Assembly: GCA_003056205.1 (NCBI GenBank)
Contig: LSNS01000019.1
Span: 5,630-69,629, forward strand
Reading direction: 5' to 3'
Length of the DNA stretch: 64,000 bases
Origin: Parcubacteria group bacterium M6-OD1-4
Lineage (GTDB): Bacteria > Patescibacteriota > Patescibacteriia > Patescibacteriales > UBA12465
The translations under genes were made by a program, and so were the position numbers. The notes under the pieces were generated by a model. The model was given only the letters and a program-made list of their open reading frames with translations, searched no databases and was not told the DNA's origin. Of this stretch, positions 11,051 through 21,554 are shown in pieces; the first letter of the stretch is position 1; every line of letters starts with the position of its first letter.

Positions 11051-12457
11051 TTACTTAATATAAGCCAAAATTTTCTTCTTAATTTCTCTAATTTTTTTTC
11101 GAGCCAAATTTTGACTAGAAGCTTCCGAATAAATACGTAAAATAGCTTCAGTGTTTGAGGCTCGTAAATGGACCCAGGAATCTGACCAATCTATTTTTAA
11201 ACCATCAAGTCGATTAATTTTTTCCTGAGGATAATCTTGCTGAATTTTATTAAATAATTGCTTTAAATTAATTTGTGTTGGTAAAATCATCTTATCTTTC
11301 ACCATAAAATATTGCGGAAGATCTTGTTTGAGTTGAGACATTGTTCTTTTTGTAGTGGCTAAATAGCTCAAGAACAAAGCAACACCAACTAAGGCATCTC
11401 GTCCATAATGAAGTTGAGGATAAATTACCCCGCCATTTCCTTCACCACCAATAACCGCTTTGATATCTTTCATTTTTTGCACAACATGTAATTCACCAAC
11501 CGCGGATGCTTGATAACTCCCGCCATGACGCTGAGCGATATCGCTCAAAGCTCGAGAAGAAGAAAGATTGGAAACAGTTTTTTTATGATAGGGCTGTGGA
11601 ATTTTGTTCTTTAAAATATAGTCAGCAACGGCTACTAAAGTATATTCCTCGCCAAACATGTTTCCCTGTTCATCAATAAAAGCTAAGCGATCCACGTCCG
11701 GATCAACAACAATGCCAAGATCAGCTTTTTCTTGAAGAACTAATTTTTTAATAGCTGTTAAGTTCTTATCCAGAGGCTCTGGAGAATGAGCAAACTGACC
11801 AGTTGCCGAACAATTTAATTTAATAATATTAGTCACCCCGAGAGCTCCTAAAAGTTGAGGGATAACTAGACCACCAACCGAATTGATACCATCCACGACA
11901 ATCTTAAACTTTTTCTTACGGATTGGTTGTGGCTTAACCAACTTAAGTTTCAAAATCTCTTGAAGATGAAAATCCTGAGCTTTAAGATCTGAGCTATAAA
12001 TCCCGAGCTTATTTTCTGGCGCAGAATCAAATTGAGAGGCTTCTGCTAATTTTAAAATAGTCTGACCCGCCTGAACTGTTAAAAATTCTCCCTGTTGATT
12101 TAAAAATTTCAAAGCATTCCAGCCTTGAGGATTGTGGGAAGCAGTAATAATAATTCCTCCCTGAGCTTGATGCTTAATCACTAACATTTCCACGGTCGGG
12201 GTGGTGGCTAAATCTAAATCAATAACACTGATTCCTTGATTTAAAAGGGTTCCGATAACCAATTTCTTAATCATGAGACCTGAAGGACGGGCATCACGCC
12301 CAATAACTATTTTAATATTTTTACATTTTAGACAAGATGGCTTAATAAGGGAAGCGTAGGCCGCAGTAAATTTTACAATATCTAACAAACTTAAATTTGT
12401 TCCTTCCTGCCCGCCAACTGTCCCCCGAATGCCAGAGATAGATTTTATTAAAGGCAT
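11051..12457 (-). CDS. glmM: Phosphoglucosamine mutase / phosphohexomutase
   Basis: SISGIRG, ITASHNP, DPDVDR, GGEGNGG; adjacent to the GlmU-like gene. Confidence 0.82.
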   Translation of the reverse strand: MPLIKSISGIRGTVGGQEGTNLSLLDIVKFTAAYASLIKPSCLKCKNIKIVIGRDARPSGLMIKKLVIGTLLNQGISVIDLDLATTPTVEMLVIKHQAQGGIIITASHNPQGWNALKFLNQQGEFLTVQAGQTILKLAEASQFDSAPENKLGIYSSDLKAQDFHLQEILKLKLVKPQPIRKKKFKIVVDGINSVGGLVIPQLLGALGVTNIIKLNCSATGQFAHSPEPLDKNLTAIKKLVLQEKADLGIVVDPDVDRLAFIDEQGNMFGEEYTLVAVADYILKNKIPQPYHKKTVSNLSSSRALSDIAQRHGGSYQASAVGELHVVQKMKDIKAVIGGEGNGGVIYPQLHYGRDALVGVALFLSYLATTKRTMSQLKQDLPQYFMVKDKMILPTQINLKQLFNKIQQDYPQEKINRLDGLKIDWSDSWVHLRASNTEAILRIYSEASSQNLARKKIREIKKKILAYIK

Positions 12458-12577
12458 AAATTTTAAAAATAATTAATACTTAAAGCTCTAACTCTATTAT
12501 AACATGTTAATTGCTAATTTCCTTAATAACTTTTATTACTAAAAATTAAAATTTTTCCCAACAAAAAAACACCATTG

Positions 12578-12693
12578 TTCTGGCGGCGACCTACTTTCCC
12601 AGGGCTCAGGCCCAAGTATCATCGGCGCTGGAGGACTTAACTTCTGAGTTCGGAATGGAATCAGGTGTGACCCCTCCGCTCAAAACCACCAGA
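12578..12693 (-). rRNA. rrf: 5S rRNA
   Basis: Reverse complement contains CACCTGATTCCATTCCGAACTCAGAAGTTAAG and GGAAAGTAGGTCGCCGCCAG. Confidence 0.95.
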
Positions 12694-13104
12694 ACAATGG
12701 TGTCTTTCGGATTCATTATTTAACAATAAAAAAGAAGAATTATAAATAATGAAAATAATAATTTTATTTTAGAGAAAGTATCAAAAAAATAAAGAATGTT
12801 TAAAAATAAAAGTGTGGGAAAATCAAATGACTTATTAGTACCGCTCCGCTCAATCCATTACTGGACTTACACGTACGGCCTATCAAGGTTATATTCTCTA
12901 ACCAGTCTATGAAACCTAATCTCAGAGACAGCTTCGCGCTTATATGCTTTCAGCGCTTATCTAAACCGAAGGTAGCTACCCTGCAGTGCTCTTGGGAGAA
13001 CAGCAGGTACACTAGAGCTTCGTCCTTCCCGGTCCTCTCGTACTAAGGAAGGGCCTCTTCAAGTTTCCACGACCACAGTGGATAGGAGACCGACCTGTCT
13101 TACG

Positions 13105-13836
13105 CATATTAATCACTTATTACTAAGTGTATGGACTATACCTTCACCCTGCAGACAACAGGGGGTTGACGTGTTAGCGTTCTAACGAACACTCTATCCT
13201 TATTTTGGATAAGTCTCTAAGGGGTTAAATTATGTTTAATTCGTTTTTTAGAATAATTAAGTGTTCTAAATTTCTCAATTAATTCTGCTAATTCAATAAA
13301 ATTTTGTCTGTCCTTCATCTTTTTCTTGCGATCAAGAATCTGGAGCATTAAATTAGCCTGGGTTTGTTTAAGAATTAAATATTTTTTAATTTGCTGTAAA
13401 AAATCTTTAATATCTGCTTGACGATTTAAGGTATATTCTAAAATACCATCTTTTCTCTCGCGCCAAACACCACCACCAATCAAAGCGATTAATTTTCTAA
13501 ATTTGTCTTCCTCTTTTTTAGCCTGGAAGAAAACAACAAATGGAGCAATCTGGTAATTAAATCTATAATCTGTATTAGGTTTTAATCGGACATAAATACT
13601 TCCATCTCCATCTAAAAACCCTGCTAAATACGCTCTTTGATTTGTGGTTAAACGATTAATCATAATAAACTTCCCTCGGTATTATCCTAACATATAACGA
13701 ATCATTCCGAAATATACTAGGGTTTCACCGATATGAGTCAACTTCTCATTTAACATTACTGCTAAACGCCGCCGTAAATAAATTTGATGTCATCACCGGA
13801 TTCAGAGTGTTTAAAAGCCAAAATTTTAGCTTCTAA
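13105..13836 (-). mobile_element. Group I intron at 23S position 2593 (E. coli numbering)
   Basis: Interrupts GGGUUCAGACCGU^CGUAAGACAG; exon ends in U, intron ends in G; Q (AAUACCGAGGGAAG), R (UAGAGACUUA) and S (AAGGUAUAGUCC) elements; IGS UUACGGCGG. Confidence 0.92.
13217..13663 (-). CDS. Single-motif LAGLIDADG homing endonuclease, I-CreI/I-MsoI-like
   Basis: YLAGFLDGDGSI, KPN..Y.F..Q, LKQTQANL and LNYSK resemble I-CreI; lies inside the intron. Confidence 0.93.
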   Translation of the reverse strand: MINRLTTNQRAYLAGFLDGDGSIYVRLKPNTDYRFNYQIAPFVVFFQAKKEEDKFRKLIALIGGGVWRERKDGILEYTLNRQADIKDFLQQIKKYLILKQTQANLMLQILDRKKKMKDRQNFIELAELIEKFRTLNYSKKRIKHNLTP

Positions 13837-13840
13837 ACGG

Positions 13841-13893
<53 letters not shown>

Positions 13894-13903
13894 GCTTCTT
13901 CAC

Positions 13904-13936
<33 letters not shown>

Positions 13937-14424
13937 GAACCAGGTCGTCGATATGGACTCTTGGACCTGACTAGCCTGTTATCCCCGGAGTAGCTTTTAT
14001 CCGATGAGCTTCCACCATCCTATATTGAATGGTCGGATCACTAAGTTCCGCTTTCGCGACTGCTTGACTTGTAGGTCTCGCAGTAAAGCCAGCTTGTGCC
14101 TTTACACTATCTCTCGGGTTTCCATTCCGAGATAGCTGACCTTTGTAAACGCCTCCGTTACTTTTTGGGAGGCATCCGCCCCAGACAAACTACCCGCCAG
14201 ACACTGTCCCCCGCTATTGCGAGGTGAGAATTAAAAACAGACAAGGGTGGTATCTCACTGGCGCCCGAAGGCTCCCACCTATTCTGAACATGTGTGACTC
14301 TAATTCAATATCAAGTTGTAGTAAAGCTTCACGGGGTCTTTTCGTCCAACTGTGGTTAACGAGCATCTTTACTCGTATTGCAATTTCGCCGAGTACTTCG
14401 TTGAGACAGTGCCCAAGTGGTTAA

Positions 14425-14477
<53 letters not shown>

Positions 14478-15964
14478 GATTATAGTTATCGCCGGCGTTC
14501 ATCCGCGCTTGAATTCAAAGCTTTGCACCGAAGTGCTAACCTCTCCTCTTAACGTTCGGACACTGGCCAGGCATCACCCTCTATACATCCTCTTACGAGT
14601 TAGCAGAGAGCTATGTTTTTGGTAAACAGTCCCTTGGGCTCTTTAGCTGCGGCCCTCTTGCGAGGGCAGGCCTTATCTCTAAATTACGGCCGCTGTTTTG
14701 CCGAGTTCCTTAACGAAGTTTCTCTCGTACATCTGAGGCTTCTCGCCTCACCTACCTGTGTTGGTTTGCGGTACGATTACTATTGTCTTAGCCCTAGAGG
14801 TTTTTCTAGTCAGCTCATCCACTTAAATTGATTTCACCTTGCGGCTTCGTCTTTTCACAATCCTTGGGAATCATTGGCCCGGATTTACCTAGACCATTCC
14901 TCAAAATTGCAAACGCACATACCATAGCACGCTTAAACTTTAAAGCTGCGTCCCCCCATCGGAAAACAACAGTAGTGACGGAATATTAACCGTCTTATCC
15001 ATCGGCTGGCACCCGCACTACACGGGTTGCGCCTTAGGATCGACTAACCCTGGGTCGATTTTCGTTGCCCAGGAAACCTTAGGTTTTCGATGGGCGGGGT
15101 TTTAACCCGCCTTCTTGCTACTCATGCCAACATTCTCCCTTCTCTCCGCTCCACCACGCCTCACAACGTGACTTCAACGCTGAAGAGAATGCTCCTCTAC
15201 CACTCCCTAAAATAAATTAGGAAGTTCACATCTTCGGTACTATGCTTAAGCCCCGGTAAATTTTCGGCGCGAAACAACTTGATTAGTGAGCTATTACGCT
15301 ATCTTTAAAGGATGGCTGCTTCTAAGCCAACCTCCTAACTGTCGTAGTCACAACACCACCTTTCACACTTAGCATAAATTTAGGGACCTTAGATTGTGAT
15401 CTGGGCTGTTTCCCTTTCGACTGATGGACCTTAGCGCCCATAGTCTGACTGCCGGACTATACCCCCAAGTATTCGGAGTTTGATTGAAGACGGTATCTTA
15501 CGACCCGCCCTCATCCAGTGCTCTACCCCCTGAGGTCAACATCCGACGCTAGCCCTAAAGCTATTTCGAGGAGAACCAGCTATTGCCGAGTTCGATTACA
15601 ATTTCTGCGCTAACCACAAGTCATCCCATAGTGTTGCACGGCTATTGGGTTCGGTCCTCCATTCGTCTTTCGACGAACTTCAACCTGCTCATGGTTAGAT
15701 CACCCGGCTTCGGGTCTTGTCCAGGCGACGTGTACTTCACTTTTAACGCACTAATCAAATACTAATGCGTAAAAGTGAAGCACAATACGGGCTATTAACC
15801 CTCGCTTTCACTATGCATACTCTCCAGAGGAGATTATGCCAGCCACCTAGAACAAACTCGTTGGCTCATTCTTCAATAGGCACGCCGTCACTCCTGTAAA
15901 CAGAAGCTCCGACTCTTTGTAAGTATATGGTTTCAGGTACTATTTCACCTCCCTCAACGGGATG

Positions 15965-16001
<37 letters not shown>

Positions 16002-16703
16002 ATCATAAGAAGTATTTAGTCTTAGGTCATAGTCGACCTGGCTTCAGACGGGGTTTCACGAGTCCCGCCCTACTTAAGAACACTAAAACGAAGAGTTATT
16101 TCTTTTCGCTTACCGGGCTATCACCGTCTCTGGCCAAGCTTTCCAGCTTGTTCAACTAAGAAATATCTTTTTTGACTTCGCCCCGTTGATCTGGCAACAG
16201 GCCTTAGGTCTTGCAACCCCAAAAAAACATATGGTTCCAGAACCTTCTGAAATAAACTTGGCGAACCAAGTTTGTTCCTCAGTTATTTTGGTTTAGACTT
16301 CTCCCCTTTCGCTCGCCACTACTTAGGGAATGATTATTATTCTCTTTTCCTCCAGCTACTAAGATGTTTCAGTTCGCCGGGTCTTCCAGCCCACCTTAAA
16401 GGTTGGGCTTCCTCTATCTTCCATAGAGGGGGTTTCCCCATTCGGAAATCTGCGGGTCAAAGGTTGCTTGCCACCTGACCGCAGCTTATCGCAGGCTGCT
16501 ACGTCCTTCATCGTCTTCTTATGTCAAGGCATCCACCATACACTCTTAACGTGATTTTCCCACGCTTTTATTTTTAAAGCTACAAAAAGCGTGCTTTTTA
16601 ATGTTTCAATACAGCTCCTTAAATCTTGACGAAAAAAAAAGATATTAAGGAATAAAACATTAGATTCTTTACTTATATTTTTGATGTCTTTACTCTAATT
16701 AGA

Positions 16704-16715
16704 TTGTTAAAGGAC
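16704..16715 (-). promoter_or_regulatory. boxA-like antitermination site in the rRNA leader
   Basis: GUCCUUUAACAA vs E. coli rrn boxA UGCUCUUUAACA. Confidence 0.65.
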
Positions 16716-16723
16716 GAGGGCGC

Positions 16724-16746
16724 AAAAAAACCGCTGTGAGGCGGTT
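16724..16746 (-). terminator. Intrinsic terminator-like hairpin inside the 23S leader
   Basis: AACCGC-CUCACA-GCGG followed by U7. Confidence 0.65.
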
Positions 16747-16772
16747 CTAAGTAATCGCAAAATAGCCAATTA

Positions 16773-16814
16773 TTAGAATCGCTTATGGAGTCGGAAACTT
16801 AAATGTTTTTTCAT
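16773..16814 (-). CDS. Putative leader peptide MKKHLSFRLHKRF in the rRNA leader
   Basis: ATG in the AU-rich start context typical of this genome (AAATATATG); TAA 27 nt before the terminator hairpin. Confidence 0.5.
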   Translation of the reverse strand: MKKHLSFRLHKRF

Positions 16815-16853
16815 ATATTTCTGGCTTTTGCAGCCCTGTTAAAACTGTTAACA

Positions 16854-16882
16854 ATTATAAACTTTAAGAAAAATAATGTCAA
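16854..16882 (-). promoter_or_regulatory. Consensus sigma70 promoter of the 23S-5S unit
   Basis: Perfect TTGACA-17 bp-TATAAT. Confidence 0.88.
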
Positions 16883-16963
16883 GGGGGGATAAGGTGTGGA
16901 GAAAAATGCGAATTATTAACTTTTAAAATTCTAATATTAATTAATAAAAAATGGGGAAAGATA

Positions 16964-16987
16964 AAAAAAATAAGCCAGATTGGCTTA
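16964..16987 (-). terminator. Terminator after pilT
   Basis: TAAGCCA-ATC-TGGCTTA followed by a T-run on the minus strand. Confidence 0.55.
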
Positions 16988-17013
16988 AATAAAAAATAAT
17001 TTTTTTAGCTACT

Positions 17014-18072
17014 TTAGCTATTTAAAATATTAATATTTTCAATATTTCTTTCAGCAACCTCCCGACTAATTTCTCCCGCTTGATATAATTCTTTAAGATG
17101 TTTATCCATGGTAATCATCCCCTGTGATGATCCAGTTTCAATTATACTTTCAATTTGTTCTAGTTTCCCTTCACGAATGAGATTGGCCACCGCTTTATTA
17201 TTAATTAAAATTTCCCGAGTGGCAATTCTTCCTCCTTGTTGACGAGGTAATAGACGTTGAGAAATAACGGCACTTAAGACGTTAGATAATTGTGACTTAA
17301 TTTGATTTTGTTGATAAGGCGGAAAACTATCGATAATTCGATCAATCGTTTGCGCCGCACTATAAGTGTGCAAAGTGGCTAAAACCAAATGGCCAGTTTC
17401 TGCTAAAGTAACTGCGGCTGAAATAGTTTCTAAATCACGCATCTCTCCCAACATAATAATATTCGGATCCTGTCGTAAAACATGTTTTAAACCACTATTA
17501 AAAGTAAGCATGTCCGTTCCGAGTTGACGCTGAGAAATAATACTTTTCTCAGGAGAAAAAATATATTCAATAGGATCTTCTAGGGTGACAATATTATAAC
17601 TATAGTGGCTATTCAGATGATTAATCATTGCTGCTAAACTTGTGGATTTCCCACAGCCAGTCGGTCCAGTAACAAGAATAAAACCTTGAGTTAACTTTAA
17701 TAGTTCTTCAACAATAGGTGGCATACCAATCTCTTCTAGGGTTTGCTTCTGGTCGGAAATTATTCGTGCCACAATGCTAATATTATTTTTTTCATAAGCA
17801 AAATTAAGACGGTAACGATAAGTGTCTATTTGATAACCAAGATCTAAATCACGTTCTTCTAAAAATCGTGTTTTTTGTTTTTCCGTTAATAAACGATCAA
17901 TAAAAATTTCCAAATTGGTATTAGTCAAAGCGGCAAACTTTTCATGACTAACAACTTGATTTAAATCTACCAACTCGCCATCAATTCGTAAGATGGGAGG
18001 TTGGCCAGATAAGAGATGAATATCCGAAGCTTGATTATCGGCGGCTAATTTTAAAAGATTGTTAATATCCAT
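17014..18072 (-). CDS. pilT: Type IV pilus retraction ATPase PilT/PilU family
   Basis: ASDIHL, GPTGCGKST, EDPIE, LRQDP, AETGHLVLATLHT. Confidence 0.92.
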   Translation of the reverse strand: MDINNLLKLAADNQASDIHLLSGQPPILRIDGELVDLNQVVSHEKFAALTNTNLEIFIDRLLTEKQKTRFLEERDLDLGYQIDTYRYRLNFAYEKNNISIVARIISDQKQTLEEIGMPPIVEELLKLTQGFILVTGPTGCGKSTSLAAMINHLNSHYSYNIVTLEDPIEYIFSPEKSIISQRQLGTDMLTFNSGLKHVLRQDPNIIMLGEMRDLETISAAVTLAETGHLVLATLHTYSAAQTIDRIIDSFPPYQQNQIKSQLSNVLSAVISQRLLPRQQGGRIATREILINNKAVANLIREGKLEQIESIIETGSSQGMITMDKHLKELYQAGEISREVAERNIENINILNS

Positions 18073-18088
18073 AAATTTAATTATTTAT

Positions 18089-18787
18089 TTACCAAGACAT
18101 TTTTTTAATTCCTTGAGCAGCGGCCGCTACTTGAGCTTCTTGTTTAGAAGAGCCTTCGCCAGTAGTAATTAATTCTTCATCTAAGTACAGTCCAACGGTA
18201 AAAATTTTGGCATGATCTGGACCACGTTCATCTAAAATTTGGTAGTGGGGCGTAATCCCCCGCACTTCCTGAGCTTTCTCTTGAAAATGAGATTTAGGAT
18301 CAAGATAAGATTGACTACGTAAAATATCATCAAGCTTAGACACAACATGTTTTAAAATAAACTTTTTCACTGGGCCGATACCCTGATCAAGATACATGGC
18401 ACCAATAATCGCTTCTACTGAATCCGCTAAAATAAATTGCCGTGATTTTTTATTTTTATCACGAGCCTCTCCTTTTGATAAATATAAACAACTTTCAACT
18501 TCTAGTTCTCGGGCAACTTCATAAAGCATCTTAGAATTGACTAGCGAAGCTCGCCAATTAGTCATGTCACCTTCTGGAGTATCAGGAAAACTTAAATATA
18601 AGAATTCAGTAACAATAATCTCTAACACGGCATCACCAAGAAATTCTAAGCGTTCATTATGACCAAGCTTGAACTCGGGATGTTCATTAAGATAAGAACG
18701 ATGAACTAAGGCTTGTTTTAAAAGCTGTTCATTTTTAAACTTAATATCTAAGCGTTGTTGTAATTTTGTTAAAGCTTTATTGTCCAT
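18089..18787 (-). CDS. rnc: Ribonuclease III
   Basis: NERLEFLGDAVL signature plus dsRBD. Confidence 0.97.
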   Translation of the reverse strand: MDNKALTKLQQRLDIKFKNEQLLKQALVHRSYLNEHPEFKLGHNERLEFLGDAVLEIIVTEFLYLSFPDTPEGDMTNWRASLVNSKMLYEVARELEVESCLYLSKGEARDKNKKSRQFILADSVEAIIGAMYLDQGIGPVKKFILKHVVSKLDDILRSQSYLDPKSHFQEKAQEVRGITPHYQILDERGPDHAKIFTVGLYLDEELITTGEGSSKQEAQVAAAAQGIKKMSW

Positions 18788-18822
18788 ATTATGAACTACA
18801 ACATCACTAAGGTGATGTTAAA

Positions 18823-19365
18823 TTATTTATTATTTTCTTTAGCAACTTTTTCTACTGCAGGAGAAGTAGTTTTTGGCTTAGTGTTTTTTGATTCCGTTTC
18901 ATCAGCCTGATTTTGGGTAGTTTTGATCTCTTTTTTATTATCGCGAACTTTAATTTCTGGTTGATCATTATATAAGGCCCCAAGAACACCGTTAACAAAT
19001 TTGCCCGAAGCATCGCCACCAAAAGCTTTAGCAACTTCAATCGCTTCATTGATAGCGACCCGGGGAGGAATATCTGTTTTTAACAATTCATAAATACCAA
19101 GGCGTAAAATATTACGATCAATAGTATTAATTTGGTCTAAAGGCCATTCGGTGGCATATTGAACAATATAACGATCAATAATTTTCAAATTATCATGAAC
19201 ACCTTTAACTAATTTTTCGACAAAACCACCATCATCAAAATTAGGAGCAAAATTAGCAAAATTATTCACAATTAAAGCTTGCAGATCTTCGGTTTTTTGA
19301 CCATTAAAATCCCAAGCAAACAGGGTTTGTAGCGCAATAGTCCGAGCTAGATGACGATTGGACAT
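18823..19365 (-). CDS. nusB: Transcription antitermination factor NusB
   Basis: [29 protein letters not shown]. Confidence 0.96.
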   Translation of the reverse strand: MSNRHLARTIALQTLFAWDFNGQKTEDLQALIVNNFANFAPNFDDGGFVEKLVKGVHDNLKIIDRYIVQYATEWPLDQINTIDRNILRLGIYELLKTDIPPRVAINEAIEVAKAFGGDASGKFVNGVLGALYNDQPEIKVRDNKKEIKTTQNQADETESKNTKPKTTSPAVEKVAKENNK

Positions 19366-19373
19366 AATTTATT

Positions 19374-19577
19374 TTACTTATTTTTCTTTGATGTGGATTT
19401 CAATTTAACCTTAATAACTTCCTTCCCTTGGTAGTGTCCACAAACAGCACAAACGGTATGTGGTTTTAAGGCTTGACCACACTTCGGACATTTATTTAAA
19501 ACAACTTTTTTAAGAGCCAAATGTGAACGACCCTGATGAGTAGAGCTGTGAGTTTTCTGTTTTTTAGGATTAGCCAT
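19374..19577 (-). CDS. rpmF: 50S ribosomal protein L32
   Basis: MANPKK...CPKC...PHTVCAVCGHY. Confidence 0.93.
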   Translation of the reverse strand: MANPKKQKTHSSTHQGRSHLALKKVVLNKCPKCGQALKPHTVCAVCGHYQGKEVIKVKLKSTSKKNK

Positions 19578-19727
19578 ATAAGTCTGAGCAATGAAGTTCT
19601 AAAAATTATTAAAATTTCTTAACACTATTGACGTTGAACTCTTAATAAATTCTAAAGCTTCTTTTTATAATTTATAATTTTAGTATAACTTAAAGTGAAC
19701 TTTAGTCAAACTCTCGTTCTCAAAAAA

Positions 19728-21554
19728 TTATTTTGTAGGTTTGGGCCCAACGATACTTTCAAATTCAGTTTTTTCAATAGTTTCTTGCTTCAAGAGAACG
19801 GCTACAATTTTTTCCAAAGCTTCTCGATGATCAGTAATAATTAAATTAGCCTTATCTTTAGCTTGTTGAATAAAGTTAAAAATTTCTTCATCAATCTTTT
19901 CGGCAATCTTTTCACTATAATTTCGTTGTTCATGGATTTCTCGACCCAAGAAAATCATCTCTTCTTTTTCACCATAAGTCCTGGGACCAAGGTGATCACT
20001 CATTCCATAATCAGTGACTAAACTACGAGCTAAAGCTGTCGCTCGTCGTAAATCAGAAGTTGCTCCAGTGGTGACTTCTCCAAAAATAACTTTTTCTACT
20101 AGATGCCCGCCTAATAAAACAGCAATCTCAGAAATAAACTCTGATTTAGTATGCATGTGATGATCTTCAGACGGAACTTTTAAAGTATAACCACCAGCGG
20201 CTCCTCGAGAAATAATCGAAATCTTATGAACGGGGTCAACACTTGGTGAAAAGTGAGCCACGAGAGCGTGCCCTGCTTCATGATAGGCGGTAATCTTTTT
20301 TTCTTGATTAGTAATTACCCGACTTTTACGTTCTGGTCCAATCATCACTTTCTCAATAGCTTCGAATAAATCAGGATTAATAATTTCATGGCGATCACTA
20401 CGTGCTGCTAAAATAGCAGCTTCATTAAGAATATTAGCCAAATCAGCTCCGGAAAAACCAGAGGTTCTTTCAGCAACAATTTTTAAATTAACTTCTTTGG
20501 CAAGTGGTTTATGACGACTATGAACTTTTAAAATTGCTTCCCGATCTTTCAGATCTGGTAAATCAATAGTAACCCGACGATCAAAACGTCCAGGACGTAA
20601 TAATGCTGGATCTAAAACATCGGGGCGATTAGTAGCGGCAATAACAATAATGTTTTCTGTTGGTTCAAATCCGTCCATTTCTACTAAAATTTGATTAAGA
20701 GTTTGTTCACGTTCATCGTGTGAACCGCCCAGACCAGCTCCTCGTCGACGTCCGACAGCATCAATCTCGTCAATAAATAAAATACAAGGAGCACTTTTCT
20801 TCGCTTTTTGGAAAAGAGAACGCACTCGACTGGCGCCGACGCCTACAAACATTTCCACAAATTCAGAACCCGACATATGGAAAAATGGTACCTGAGCTTC
20901 CCCGGCTACTGACCGAGCTAATAAAGTTTTCCCAGTCCCCGGAGCCCCTAATAATAATACACCACGTGGAATACGGGCCCCAAGATTATGAAACTTTTTA
21001 GGAAACTTTAAAAACTCAACAATTTCTTGTAATTCTTCTTTGGCTTCTTTTGCTCCAGCAACATCCTTAAAACTAGTTTTATTTTTTTCTTCAGGATTAA
21101 AATCTTTAGCAATTGACTGTCCAAAACTCATTGCTTTGGAGTTTGCGCCTTGCAAACCACGCATCATAAAATATAAAAATACTCCAATTAAAAGAAATGG
21201 CAAAACAAAAGGAATAACATTACTTAACCAATAATTCCAACCGCTATTATCTTTAACTGAAATTTTTATTTTAGCAATTTTAGTTGGAGAAACTTTAAAG
21301 TTATTTAAAAGATCTGAAAGGGAATCAGTGGTTTCCTTTTGGACAATCTCACTTTGACCATTTTTCAGAGTAACGTGAATTTTATTGTCTACAACTACTA
21401 GTTGATTTATTTGTTCGGAATTAATTTGATTAATTAAAGCCTCTAAACCAACGGTTTTACTTTTTTTATTTGTTGCTGAAAAGGAACTAAAAACCGCCGC
21501 TATCAATAAGAAAATAGTGAAAAACAATAAAACATTTCTAATTAATTTTTTCAT
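19728..21554 (-). CDS. ftsH: ATP-dependent zinc metalloprotease FtsH
   Basis: Two TMs, [16 protein letters not shown]; start probably MKKLIRN. Confidence 0.97.
   Translation of the reverse strand: MKKLIRNVLLFFTIFLLIAAVFSSFSATNKKSKTVGLEALINQINSEQINQLVVVDNKIHVTLKNGQSEIVQKETTDSLSDLLNNFKVSPTKIAKIKISVKDNSGWNYWLSNVIPFVLPFLLIGVFLYFMMRGLQGANSKAMSFGQSIAKDFNPEEKNKTSFKDVAGAKEAKEELQEIVEFLKFPKKFHNLGARIPRGVLLLGAPGTGKTLLARSVAGEAQVPFFHMSGSEFVEMFVGVGASRVRSLFQKAKKSAPCILFIDEIDAVGRRRGAGLGGSHDEREQTLNQILVEMDGFEPTENIIVIAATNRPDVLDPALLRPGRFDRRVTIDLPDLKDREAILKVHSRHKPLAKEVNLKIVAERTSGFSGADLANILNEAAILAARSDRHEIINPDLFEAIEKVMIGPERKSRVITNQEKKITAYHEAGHALVAHFSPSVDPVHKISIISRGAAGGYTLKVPSEDHHMHTKSEFISEIAVLLGGHLVEKVIFGEVTTGATSDLRRATALARSLVTDYGMSDHLGPRTYGEKEEMIFLGREIHEQRNYSEKIAEKIDEEIFNFIQQAKDKANLIITDHREALEKIVAVLLKQETIEKTEFESIVGPKPTK

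Noticed and set aside
16884..16903. DnaA-box-like sequences upstream of the rRNA promoter
   Set aside because: Mismatched (GGGGGATAA, TGTGGAGAA) and too few to support
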